From the sequence record MZ475895.1: DNA of 64,000 bases; one strand, given 5' to 3'. Below the pieces are notes generated by a model. The model saw nothing but the letters and a program-made list of their open reading frames with translations, was not told where the DNA came from and made no database searches. Position numbers and translations under genes: made by a program. This document shows, piece by piece, positions 8,457-16,802 of this stretch; the stretch's first letter is position 1; each line of letters opens with the position of its first letter.

Positions 8457-10295
8457 ATGATTGAAGTAAACTGTTTCGCAGATTTACGCACTACCGCTCC
8501 AGCAAAGGCTGGCGACATGGCGTTACTGAAACGTTACTATGACAAAGACAGTTCGTTTCGTGGGGGCGGCTACTTCATCGGCTTTCCGCAGACAAAAGAT
8601 CTGCCCGCAGATGATGGTGGTATCACGGCAGTAGATGCAAACAAAAGTTTCTTCTGGAAGCGTGTTGTGAATGACCCAGAAGAGATTAACCTGTTCCACT
8701 TCGGTGGTCGCTGCGACGGTAAGACAGATGACAGTGACGCGTTCCTGCGTAACTTCATGTGGACGTGTAAGTCTGCTGACGGTAACGACACTATAGGTGT
8801 GCGCTTCCCAACAGGCACAACGTTGATCAACCCTATCGATCTTACGCACTTGGGTGAGATACCTGTGTTCGCTATCTATGGTGACACACGTTCTGATAAG
8901 GGCTGGCGTCCTCGTGTCAAGCTGATCAGTAACCAAGGCGAAGCTACTGTATTCAAGTTCAATGCACGCCGCACTATTGTTCGTGGTCTGAACTGGAATG
9001 GTCAGTGCTATCCTGTGAAGGACGGCAAGAAGGTAGACGTGTCCACGATCGTGGGTGCTGTCATGCCTGAGCAGCGTTCAAACAATCAGATCTTCCTTGA
9101 GAACATCTGTACTATGGGTCAGTACATTGGCGTACAGTGCTTCCGTGCTGAGAGCAACGGCGGATCTGCATTGAAGTTCCAAGACACCATCGATACTTCT
9201 ATCACAGAGATCTACGGCAGCAAGAGCTATGGTGCTGTGATTGAAGCCAAGTGGTCGAACACAGTGCAGGCCGGCTGGAACCACTCGACTGCTGTGCGCT
9301 TAGAGAACGGTAACTTCCAGTACGGCTACGGCCCTGCTGTGTTAGACATGCCGCGTATGACTCAGGCGTTCATGAAGAACGTCTGGATTGAACACACGCG
9401 CTTCCCAGGTAATATGAACGATGGTCAATGGGTGCTTGAAGGTAACTCGATTGAGAGTTCTGACAACCCACTCAATCTGGCCAACACTCGTTGCGTGATC
9501 AATGGCTACTACTTCCAAGGCGTTGGTACAATGAACTTGGAACGTGCATCAAGCCCTGACAACTGGCTGAGTGGCTACGAGCGCGGCAGCATTCGTACTG
9601 AGACGTACGGTATCATCATGACCGATTCCTGCTTCCGCGCAGGCTACTACACGGGTTATAAGATTACCAACAATACAGATCAGGACAAATGGTTCTATCT
9701 GGGCAGCTACTCATTCCCGAAAGTGAATCAAGTGTGGCAGATTGAACTGCTGGGTACTGCACCAAACGTTGTACCGAACACGAAGCTGCAACAGCCTACG
9801 CAGATGGACGGCATGGGTCGTCGTGTTATCACAATGCAACGCTGCATTTCACCGCAGAAGAAAGTGTATGCCGATATGCACATGGAAGGAACGGACGCAA
9901 TCGCCGATGTTGTGTACCAGCGCCTGTGGGAAGACTACGGCAAGGTGTGGGTTAAGCTGAAAGCCAACAGTGGTGATACTATCTTCAACCTGACCACCAC
10001 TGGTCCAACTCGTTTCGAAGCAGGTGTTTGTACGTTGTTCAGCGACGGTCCAATTGAATGCGTGGATCCCGTTCTGACCGAGATGACCACCAGTGTCGAA
10101 AAGAATCAGAAGGACTATGCGCGACCTCAGGCTCGTTTCAGTTTGCACAATGGCCTTGCAGGTGTAGGCGCAAACGAGCAGGGTCTCATCACTATTCAAA
10201 CCAAAGACGCTACAGCACCGAAAGATACCACTAAGCCTGCTGGCTATGTGAGTGTCAATATCAACGGTGTTGATCGTCTCTTGCCTTACTACTAA
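8457..10295 (+). CDS. AmsF/WceF-like beta-helix glycosidase / exopolysaccharide depolymerase (tailspike-like)
   Basis: N-terminal FADLRTTAP...GGGYF tailspike-type domain, then INLFHFGGRCDGKTDDSDAF (pectate-lyase-3-type start motif) and Asn/Gly-rich beta-helix-like sequence; family call from recall. Confidence 0.65.
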   Translation: MIEVNCFADLRTTAPAKAGDMALLKRYYDKDSSFRGGGYFIGFPQTKDLPADDGGITAVDANKSFFWKRVVNDPEEINLFHFGGRCDGKTDDSDAFLRNFMWTCKSADGNDTIGVRFPTGTTLINPIDLTHLGEIPVFAIYGDTRSDKGWRPRVKLISNQGEATVFKFNARRTIVRGLNWNGQCYPVKDGKKVDVSTIVGAVMPEQRSNNQIFLENICTMGQYIGVQCFRAESNGGSALKFQDTIDTSITEIYGSKSYGAVIEAKWSNTVQAGWNHSTAVRLENGNFQYGYGPAVLDMPRMTQAFMKNVWIEHTRFPGNMNDGQWVLEGNSIESSDNPLNLANTRCVINGYYFQGVGTMNLERASSPDNWLSGYERGSIRTETYGIIMTDSCFRAGYYTGYKITNNTDQDKWFYLGSYSFPKVNQVWQIELLGTAPNVVPNTKLQQPTQMDGMGRRVITMQRCISPQKKVYADMHMEGTDAIADVVYQRLWEDYGKVWVKLKANSGDTIFNLTTTGPTRFEAGVCTLFSDGPIECVDPVLTEMTTSVEKNQKDYARPQARFSLHNGLAGVGANEQGLITIQTKDATAPKDTTKPAGYVSVNINGVDRLLPYY

Positions 10296-10300
10296 CAGAC

Positions 10301-10319
10301 GAGGGGCGCAATGCCCCTC
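10301..10319 (+). terminator. GC-rich hairpin after the depolymerase gene
   Basis: GAGGGGC-gcaat-GCCCCTC. Confidence 0.55.
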
Positions 10320-10389
10320 AACTAAGTCAAATCTCTGTACTCTCCCTAACTCAAATAAGATACGCCGCACAGCGTACTATGCACTAATA

Positions 10390-10434
10390 AGGTCAAAATG
10401 ACCATTCTCTGCTATATGCTGCCTATGCTATAAT
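10390..10434 (+). promoter_or_regulatory. Box-plus-extended -10 promoter (copy 1)
   Basis: AGGTCAAAAT; 33 nt from hexamer to TATAAT, preceded by TGc. Confidence 0.7.
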
Positions 10435-10480
10435 AGTTGCGAGCGCATTGCTCAATACAATCATGCTGAGGAGCATAACA

Positions 10481-10822
10481 ATGAACGCATCTACTTTCGA
10501 TTTTTCTATCATCTGCACCGAGAGCTTCAACATTAATGAGCTGAACAAAATCGCCGTTGAGCTGAACAAGCTGATCACTAACTCGCAGATCAAAATTGAA
10601 GCCGCAGAGCTTGATGATGAAGGCACAGAGTGCATTCTTCTGGCTATCGGCCTCGATGAAGACGGCGAAGAGACTGGCGAGAACGGCTACTCCCTGCATC
10701 TGGACAACGGCGACTATCAGATCGTATATCTCGGTGTGCCGCATCCTGACTTCGATAAGCACGAACTTGCGACCAGTGACTTCGAGTTGTTCATCAAATC
10801 AGTCAACGGCCTTGAGTTCTAA
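10481..10822 (+). CDS. small acidic protein (113 aa)
   Basis: GAGGAG before ATG 10481; I count 24 Asp/Glu versus 5 Lys and 0 Arg. Confidence 0.85.
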   Translation: MNASTFDFSIICTESFNINELNKIAVELNKLITNSQIKIEAAELDDEGTECILLAIGLDEDGEETGENGYSLHLDNGDYQIVYLGVPHPDFDKHELATSDFELFIKSVNGLEF

Positions 10823-10842
10823 TCACTAATCTGGAGTCCAGT

Positions 10843-11196
10843 ATGCGCCCTAACGCCGCAGCACATCTCGCCGCATCTCTTGCCTTGTTTGCGAAACGTA
10901 ACCGTAGAGCAAAATTCACTATCTCTACAAAATCGATAATTCAAGCGACTGATATGGGGACTGGTGCCTATATACCTGATCTATTCATTATGCAATTAGA
11001 CCTAGAGTTGCGTCTACGTGGTTACATCCTGATTAAACAGGAGGAGACAAACTACATGATAATGAAAGCTAGACCCCGCAATCATGGCCTTCGCATTTCT
11101 TCAAATCATATAGATGAATATATGAACCTGCCTCTTGAAGTAGTCGATCTTCAACTCTCTGAGACGTTGGACACAGAAGACACAGAAGAAGACTAA
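10843..11196 (+). CDS. hypothetical protein (117 aa)
   Basis: GGAG upstream; acidic tail. Confidence 0.75.
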   Translation: MRPNAAAHLAASLALFAKRNRRAKFTISTKSIIQATDMGTGAYIPDLFIMQLDLELRLRGYILIKQEETNYMIMKARPRNHGLRISSNHIDEYMNLPLEVVDLQLSETLDTEDTEED

Positions 11197-11204
11197 CACT
11201 AATC

Positions 11205-11248
11205 TGGCAGAAATCGCCGTTGTGTTTAGACGCTCAACGGCATACTAT
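11205..11248 (+). promoter_or_regulatory. Box-plus--10 promoter (copy 2)
   Basis: CACTAATC-TGGCAGAAAT, TTGTGT at the -35 position, TACTAT 32 nt after the hexamer. Confidence 0.65.
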
Positions 11249-11297
11249 TATGTCTCTAGCGCAATGACGCGCTACAACAACGAAAGAGAGAAACAAC

Positions 11298-11552
11298 ATG
11301 AGCGAAGACGTTAAAGTAACAATCGATTTAGTAGCTGACTTTGTATCACGCACCGAAGTTGTGTTTGAAGATGGTCAATCATCTAATGACTGGCTCGCGC
11401 CGTATGATCTGCGCCTGAACGTAACTGAGCCGCAAGGGCCGAACGGCTACCCCGAAGTTGAAATCGTTGGCCAGCGCGATAACGTCTTGCGCTTCTTTGA
11501 TGAGCAGATGCCTGATAGCGACATTACAGAAGACTCGCTTGAATCTGCCTAA
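11298..11552 (+). CDS. small acidic protein (84 aa)
   Basis: GAGAG upstream; I count 20 Asp/Glu versus 5 Lys/Arg. Confidence 0.85.
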   Translation: MSEDVKVTIDLVADFVSRTEVVFEDGQSSNDWLAPYDLRLNVTEPQGPNGYPEVEIVGQRDNVLRFFDEQMPDSDITEDSLESA

Positions 11553-11567
11553 GCAACAAACAACACT

Positions 11568-11591
11568 GTGGCGTTACGGCGCCACTTTTCT
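11568..11591 (+). terminator. Rho-independent terminator with UACG loop
   Basis: GTGGCGT-TACG-GCGCCAC-TTTTCT. Confidence 0.75.
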
Positions 11592-11611
11592 ATTTCTGAT
11601 CTGAGGTCAAT

Positions 11612-12151
11612 ATGAAACAAAAATTCTTATTCTTGCGCATGAGCCGACACGAGCTGAATCAGCATTTGTTTTTACTTCGTGGCATGAGCCGTGAGCGTCT
11701 TGAATCATTCACTGGCATTATCGCCGTTGTCAAAGACGATACGACGATGGCGAACATCGATGATACTGACCTGTATTATTTCAGCGAAGTAACAGCCGAA
11801 GAGACAACATCAGAGACGCAACAAACCTGGTGGAACCTGATTCATTACTACGACAATCAGATTGCTATCGGCTCACTCCCACGTATAGAGCCGCTGCTGC
11901 CTGACGATTTAGTTGAGCGCATCAAAACAACTCGCAGCAATCGCTTCTACTACGAGTTCGATACGCAAATGCCAGAAGTATTGGCCACTGTTGATCTTGA
12001 CCTACACTTCTTACCGTCTGCCGCTCAGCCTCGTGTGAAGAAGCCTAAAGAAGAACAGCCAGAAGTTAATCCCCTGGCCGCATACACAGTCGAACAACTG
12101 TGTGCCGAACTACGTACTCGCCTGAGTGCAAAAATCACTATCGAATTTTAA
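11612..12151 (+). CDS. hypothetical protein (179 aa)
   Basis: GAGG upstream; long ORF. Confidence 0.85.
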   Translation: MKQKFLFLRMSRHELNQHLFLLRGMSRERLESFTGIIAVVKDDTTMANIDDTDLYYFSEVTAEETTSETQQTWWNLIHYYDNQIAIGSLPRIEPLLPDDLVERIKTTRSNRFYYEFDTQMPEVLATVDLDLHFLPSAAQPRVKKPKEEQPEVNPLAAYTVEQLCAELRTRLSAKITIEF

Positions 12152-12168
12152 TCAACTAGCACAGGGAA

Positions 12169-12798
12169 GTGCCTCTAACTGAGATCAAAACTATGTTCAC
12201 CAAAGCATTCTTCTTCAAAACTAACTACTCTGTATTGGCCGAAGGTGAGTTCGCGCTGCCTGTTGACTCACTGACCTCTCTCGTCAACTCGCGTATTTTC
12301 ATCTGCATCACAGAAGACAACCTGCGCTTCGCACTGACCAACATCACTGTGCAGCCGATTCGCAATGGCTTCTTGCGCGTTGGCTTCGAGCCGAAGACTG
12401 ACGTGAATGCAATCACTACTCCAATCATCACGCCTAAAACGATGTGGAGCGAGTATGATTTTGATGCGTGCAGTGTCGAAAACATTCCGTCATTCAATAT
12501 CAGTACGCATGAAGACAAGAACAACGAACAACTGATTGCACTGTCATATGACCTTCGTATGGCTCTCATGCATTATCGTGAAGGCATGTACTGCGTGACC
12601 GACATCGTTTTGCGTCTGCATGAACACGGCATTTTCGTTGTAGATATTGATCAGAATCTCAAGGTTGCTCTCTCGCCTATCGCCGTGCTTAGCGAACGAC
12701 CTACACATGCGATTAGTCTGAGCAAAGACAACGGCGTGCTGTCCCGCATTGATGACTTCGAGCTGCCTGATCTCGCTAAACTGATCGTCCTACTGTAA
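12169..12798 (+). CDS. hypothetical protein (about 200 aa)
   Basis: Long ORF; start may instead be ATG 12193. Confidence 0.8.
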   Translation: MPLTEIKTMFTKAFFFKTNYSVLAEGEFALPVDSLTSLVNSRIFICITEDNLRFALTNITVQPIRNGFLRVGFEPKTDVNAITTPIITPKTMWSEYDFDACSVENIPSFNISTHEDKNNEQLIALSYDLRMALMHYREGMYCVTDIVLRLHEHGIFVVDIDQNLKVALSPIAVLSERPTHAISLSKDNGVLSRIDDFELPDLAKLIVLL

Positions 12799-12810
12799 AC
12801 AAACAACTCT

Positions 12811-12834
12811 AGCCTCGCATCGTGCGGGGCTTTC
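12811..12834 (+). terminator. hairpin terminator
   Basis: AGCCTCGCA-tcg-TGCGGGGCT-TTC. Confidence 0.6.
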
Positions 12835-12850
12835 TGCTTTGGAGAATACC

Positions 12851-13111
12851 ATGTATCAATATGACCGCGATGAATTGAATGACCTGCCGCTTGACGTGCT
12901 GCATGGCGAAGCTGAAAAGCGTGGCTTGCTCGCTGACCTGGAAGACGATGATGATTGTCCTGACCGTGCAGTGCTGGTGGGCATGATCATTGATGATCAG
13001 AACGAGCGCAATGCCGAAAACGAAGAGGAAGAGCAGCGCCGTCAGATGCAAGATGACGCTGACGATCACCGTCGCATGTTAGACGAACGCGACGGCTCAG
13101 ACGACTGCTAA
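12851..13111 (+). CDS. small acidic protein with a helix-extension-helix-like N-terminus (86 aa)
   Basis: GGAG before ATG 12851; YDRDELNDLPLDVLHGEAEKRGL...DRAVLVGMII. Confidence 0.85.
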   Translation: MYQYDRDELNDLPLDVLHGEAEKRGLLADLEDDDDCPDRAVLVGMIIDDQNERNAENEEEEQRRQMQDDADDHRRMLDERDGSDDC

Positions 13112-13112
13112 C

Positions 13113-13451
13113 ATGCTATACTCTGGGCAGCAATACGATACACTCAGTCCTGACCAGTTGAATGAGTGTTTCAATCTGATTGAAAGTTGCATGGTGGCCT
13201 CTGGCTGTCGTGGCTTTCAAATAGTGTTATCACCATCTGGTCATGGCGATTGTCGTAGCGTCGTCCACATTCAGCACCCACAGTATGCAGGTCACATTGA
13301 GTTCCCCTCAGTTGACCGTGATACTTTTCGTGTGACTCTCGTCGCAACACGCGGTTGCTATGACAGCCGCACCGTGTTCGTACCAAATTCAGATACAGCC
13401 TATTCAGTGATAGGTCTGTATCTCTCAAACTTTATAGGGGCTACAAAATGA
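13113..13451 (+). CDS. hypothetical protein (112 aa)
   Basis: Abuts the previous gene and overlaps the next by ATGA. Confidence 0.75.
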   Translation: MLYSGQQYDTLSPDQLNECFNLIESCMVASGCRGFQIVLSPSGHGDCRSVVHIQHPQYAGHIEFPSVDRDTFRVTLVATRGCYDSRTVFVPNSDTAYSVIGLYLSNFIGATK

Positions 13452-13792
13452 AACGCCGCATTATTCGTATCGATCAGTCAGAGTTCAACGGTGAAGCGCT
13501 TGTCTTCCCACCATCATTCAACATCACCGGCATTGACGTTGTGGTGCTTGTGACCGTGAAGCACGAAGATTTCGGTGGCTTGAAGTTTCAAGATACCTAT
13601 CGTGTGAACGAACTACGTGTAAGCGAACATACAAATCCCCTGCGTCAGGAGATTGAGATCGTAGAGTACAGCAAACTGCCGAACGATGAAGCAATCTTCA
13701 CACGACTACTCGACGTTGATTATTTCGACGACGACATTGCAGAGCGTGACCTGCGTCTGTACGATGCACCGACCACAATCGTCACTGCGTAA
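13448..13792 (+). CDS. hypothetical protein (114 aa)
   Basis: ATGA coupling with the upstream gene. Confidence 0.8.
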   Translation: MKRRIIRIDQSEFNGEALVFPPSFNITGIDVVVLVTVKHEDFGGLKFQDTYRVNELRVSEHTNPLRQEIEIVEYSKLPNDEAIFTRLLDVDYFDDDIAERDLRLYDAPTTIVTA

Positions 13793-13800
13793 TAATCTTT

Positions 13801-13827
13801 AGGGCTGCCATCTTGGTGGCCCTTTTT
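13801..13827 (+). terminator. Rho-independent terminator
   Basis: AGGGCTGCCA-tct-TGGTGGCCCT-TTTT. Confidence 0.8.
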
Positions 13828-13875
13828 GTTTTCTGTAAACTACACGCACAATCCCAACAATGCGAGAACGCACAG

Positions 13876-14250
13876 ATGCCAAAGCGCCGCTTTTATTTGA
13901 TGTTCTTTATCAGTCAGGCAGAACTCGACGCCAAGACTTTCTATCAACACAACATGCGCATCCTGACAACGATACGCCGCACACGCTGCATTTTCCTTGT
14001 GGTAAGAGAGACTGGTGAAGTCTATGTGCCAGGCAGCGCCGTGTATCAGTCTGCAATCGAAGAAGATCTAACGCAGATGGTCTTTGACGATCTGCACAAG
14101 GCCACCGAGTCTGTGAATGCGGTTGAGTCCTTTGCTCAAGCCATCGCAGTAAACAAAAACGATAAGACAGTTCGCTACTGCGGCCGCAATCCAGAAGTGA
14201 GTGTCGTCTTCTTTGATCGCATGTTCACGAAAGTGGAGGTTCATCTATGA
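13876..14250 (+). CDS. hypothetical protein (124 aa)
   Basis: ATG 13876 (MPKRRFYLMF...); ATGA overlap with the next gene. Confidence 0.75.
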   Translation: MPKRRFYLMFFISQAELDAKTFYQHNMRILTTIRRTRCIFLVVRETGEVYVPGSAVYQSAIEEDLTQMVFDDLHKATESVNAVESFAQAIAVNKNDKTVRYCGRNPEVSVVFFDRMFTKVEVHL

Positions 14251-14522
14251 GTTACGATCCACCAAAGCCAACTACGTCTCTTGGCGCTTCTCTTGCTTCG
14301 CGTTGTGCTCATTCCACCAGAGAGAAAGCGAACAAGACGCGCAAGAAATACCCCGCGACAAAGACTGTGGTTGCTACACTGACAGCACCTATGCACGCTG
14401 CTGTGCAACGTCTCGCTAACAGTCGCGGCCTGTCTATTCAGAAGTGTCTGGTGCGTATGCTTGAAGCCGAGTTGGCGAAAGAGGGTATCACTTACGCTAA
14501 AGAACAGGACGAAGACGAATGA
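14247..14522 (+). CDS. ribbon-helix-helix (CopG/Arc-like) DNA-binding protein
   Basis: KTVVATLTAPMHAAVQRLANSRGLSIQKCLVRMLEAEL fits the RHH strand-helix-G-x-S-helix pattern. Confidence 0.6.
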   Translation: MSYDPPKPTTSLGASLASRCAHSTREKANKTRKKYPATKTVVATLTAPMHAAVQRLANSRGLSIQKCLVRMLEAELAKEGITYAKEQDEDE

Positions 14523-15154
14523 AACGTTTAGGTACAGTCATGGCGTTAGGTCTAAAAGACAAAGCGCCAAAGAACACTGACCTCGACATTACGCCCGTTT
14601 CGAAAGATGCAGAATGGGGCTCTTTGAGTCCCTTTCACTTGGGGCCATGTCGAAGCGCAGATGGTATTATGTTCCACAACTTCGAAAATCTCTGGCAGTA
14701 TAGCAAGGTCTACGAAGAACATTTGGAGAACACAAACCTCATCCTCGCTGGAGAGATAAACGCTGATTGGTATCAGTGGCATCTTAAAGGTGCAAGATCA
14801 AAACAGGCGCATCGCTATCCTATGGGAAAAGGCCAGAAGGCTTTATTCTCCAAATGGGGCGACTTGCGCCTTTCGTACATTCCCGCACGTAAACAGATTT
14901 ATGTTCCAGGCTATGCCGAGCTACTTCTGCCTCAAAAGAAATTCAAACAACTCCTTAAGCAATACAAGGACGGCGCCAACATAATCGTCAGGGACTACGA
15001 CACCTACGATCTGCTGAAAGCCTATCCCAATTCTAATCGCATGTGGCTTGATGCTCTCAGTAACCCAAACGCCAAGTTCGGTCACAGTTTCGTGATCGCC
15101 CTTGCTCTCATACTGCACGACAGACCTCTATGGTACAATCAATGGGTGATATAA
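14519..15154 (+). CDS. NADAR (YbiA-like) superfamily protein, divergent
   Basis: WGSLSPFHLGPCRSADGIMFHNFENLWQYSKV aligns by eye with E. coli YbiA YGDFSNFAAWPIKVDGKTWPTSEHYFQAQKF (from memory). Confidence 0.55.
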   Translation: MKRLGTVMALGLKDKAPKNTDLDITPVSKDAEWGSLSPFHLGPCRSADGIMFHNFENLWQYSKVYEEHLENTNLILAGEINADWYQWHLKGARSKQAHRYPMGKGQKALFSKWGDLRLSYIPARKQIYVPGYAELLLPQKKFKQLLKQYKDGANIIVRDYDTYDLLKAYPNSNRMWLDALSNPNAKFGHSFVIALALILHDRPLWYNQWVI

Positions 15155-15453
15155 TCTACGAATGGGTCCACGACCTTGAAGGTAACGAAAGTCAGAATCT
15201 GCCTATCTTGCCTCCAGACATTTATGCGTATGTGCGCGATGCCGTCACTGGCGCACGTACCCCAATCAACTTTGAAGGCCGCACCGAGTTACAGCGTCAA
15301 GACAAGAAAGTCATAGGCGTTGTCTATTGGTCTAATCGAGCTAATCTGATTTCATGGACGGGCGTCGAGCGCTTTCGTTTTACGCTGTATGTAGTACGTG
15401 CCGCACATAAGTCAAATGAGCAACATGAGGAAGCTCAAGTCTGCACTAATTAG
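15142..15453 (+). CDS. hypothetical protein (103 aa)
   Basis: ATG 15142 overlapping the previous gene end. Confidence 0.7.
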   Translation: MGDIIYEWVHDLEGNESQNLPILPPDIYAYVRDAVTGARTPINFEGRTELQRQDKKVIGVVYWSNRANLISWTGVERFRFTLYVVRAAHKSNEQHEEAQVCTN

Positions 15454-15495
15454 GCTGAAATAGCTATCGCGCATAATACGCTCCTGTGCTATACT
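15452..15495 (+). promoter_or_regulatory. Box-plus-extended -10 promoter (copy 3)
   Basis: GCACTAATT-AGGCTGAAAT, 32 nt, TGc-TATACT. Confidence 0.65.
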
Positions 15496-15540
15496 CATAG
15501 ACGAAGCAACACATAATCTATTCACGCTAAGGAGCGTATT

Positions 15541-15972
15541 ATGACTATCAACAAGTTTGACTTTCAAACACTGACTACTCCAGAACAATGGTCTTCCGCT
15601 GCTTGGGGTTTCTATCGTGACTTCGCAGATCGTTTGCGTGATACTATCGGCCGCGATGATCTTTACTTCGACATTGAAGTTGATGGTGGCAGCGATAGCG
15701 ACCAAGTTGCCGAAGAGATGGTCGATGATGGTGTGATTCATTTACTCATCTCGTACAAAAACGAAGATGAAGATTTCATTAACGCCAAAGGCGTCTGGCT
15801 GTTCCAAGTCACTTACCCAACAGAAAGTGATATTGACGGTGAGTGGTCTAACCGCTTCGTGGTCGATGTGCAGACCGTTGATATGGAAATCTTAGAGCTG
15901 GTGGACTTTGATAACGGCCACCCACGTTTGCTTGAAGATATTGCAGCGCGGGTTAATCACTGGTTAGTGTAA
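15541..15972 (+). CDS. acidic hypothetical protein (143 aa)
   Basis: AAGGAG upstream; Asp/Glu-rich. Confidence 0.85.
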   Translation: MTINKFDFQTLTTPEQWSSAAWGFYRDFADRLRDTIGRDDLYFDIEVDGGSDSDQVAEEMVDDGVIHLLISYKNEDEDFINAKGVWLFQVTYPTESDIDGEWSNRFVVDVQTVDMEILELVDFDNGHPRLLEDIAARVNHWLV

Positions 15973-15980
15973 TTGCTTGC

Positions 15981-16000
15981 GGGTCTTTTACGAAGGGCCC
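15981..16000 (+). other. UACG-loop hairpin
   Basis: GGGTCTTT-TACG-AAGGGCCC. Confidence 0.55.
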
Positions 16001-16037
16001 GTCGTCAACAACACAAACCTGTTCTAAGGAGAACAAC

Positions 16038-16355
16038 ATGTCATCATTAGTTAAACTGCAATTCATCTTTCCAGAACTGACCTCAGTTACTGTAACTGTT
16101 TCTGATTCTGACATTCCTCGCTATCTCAATATTGCAGCGGGCGCAGAAGTAACATACGAAGGCGAGACGGCGCTGGAGCGTATTACTGACGTAAACCTGC
16201 TGCGCAATCTTCTCGTGGTTGATCGTAAAATCCTAGAGATGTTGCTTGAGCGTCACAACAGCGCAAACGTTTCTAGTGAAATCGCTCACGCTGTAGACCA
16301 GATCAAGTTTGTGCCTAATCGAGGCCTAAAGTTAATCGTCAATCGTTACCGCTGA
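16038..16355 (+). CDS. hypothetical protein, paralogue A (105 aa)
   Basis: MSSLVKLQFIFPELTSVTVTV...GETAL; similar to 16420..16737. Confidence 0.85.
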   Translation: MSSLVKLQFIFPELTSVTVTVSDSDIPRYLNIAAGAEVTYEGETALERITDVNLLRNLLVVDRKILEMLLERHNSANVSSEIAHAVDQIKFVPNRGLKLIVNRYR

Positions 16356-16393
16356 GATTTGTGAAGGGCATTTGCGAGTGCTCTTTGAAAATC
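16356..16393 (+). repeat. Repeated long imperfect hairpin, copy 1 (RNase III-site-like)
   Basis: GATTTGTGAAGGGCATT-tgcg-AGTGCTCTTTGAAAATC; both arms recur at 16738-16779. Confidence 0.8.
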
Positions 16394-16419
16394 CTAAACC
16401 CTAAGCTGAGGAGCTTAAC

Positions 16420-16737
16420 ATGTCATCATCTACTGAATTTCATTTCATCTTTCCAGAGTCAACCACTCTTATCGTTACTGTGGGTAACGGCATCGTCCCT
16501 GAGTATATGGGCATCCCTGCTAATCAAGAAACCCACCTGACGGGTGAGACTGCATTCAACTTTATGCAGAACTCTAACATCGTGGGCGTTATGAATCGTT
16601 TTGATCAGTCGCTTCTCAATCTGCTTATTGATCGCCATGAGCAGAACGAAGAAGAGGAGAGTGCGTTGCGTCAAGCACACATGCAGAAGCACACGAAGAA
16701 CTTCGGCGTGTATCTGCTGATTAAACATCACCGCTAA
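16420..16737 (+). CDS. hypothetical protein, paralogue B (105 aa)
   Basis: MSSSTEFHFIFPESTTLIVTV...GETAF; same length and motifs as 16038..16355. Confidence 0.85.
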   Translation: MSSSTEFHFIFPESTTLIVTVGNGIVPEYMGIPANQETHLTGETAFNFMQNSNIVGVMNRFDQSLLNLLIDRHEQNEEEESALRQAHMQKHTKNFGVYLLIKHHR

Positions 16738-16779
16738 GATTTGTGAAGGGCATTCGTTGCTGAGTGCTCTTTGAAAATC
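16738..16779 (+). repeat. Repeated long imperfect hairpin, copy 2
   Basis: GATTTGTGAAGGGCATTC-gttgct-GAGTGCTCTTTGAAAATC. Confidence 0.8.
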
Positions 16780-16802
16780 AACCCTGTTCTGAGGAGAACA
16801 AT

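Noticed and set aside
10823-10840. CACTAATCTGGAG as a 14th promoter box
   Set aside because: It matches only the left half, no -10 lies 31-33 nt downstream, and the GGAG serves as RBS for 10843.
3217-12799. CTGTAAA at 3217, 4010 and 12793 as further copies of the second motif class
   Set aside because: Each is a Leu codon plus TAA stop plus A at a gene end, so chance explains them; only the intergenic copies were counted.
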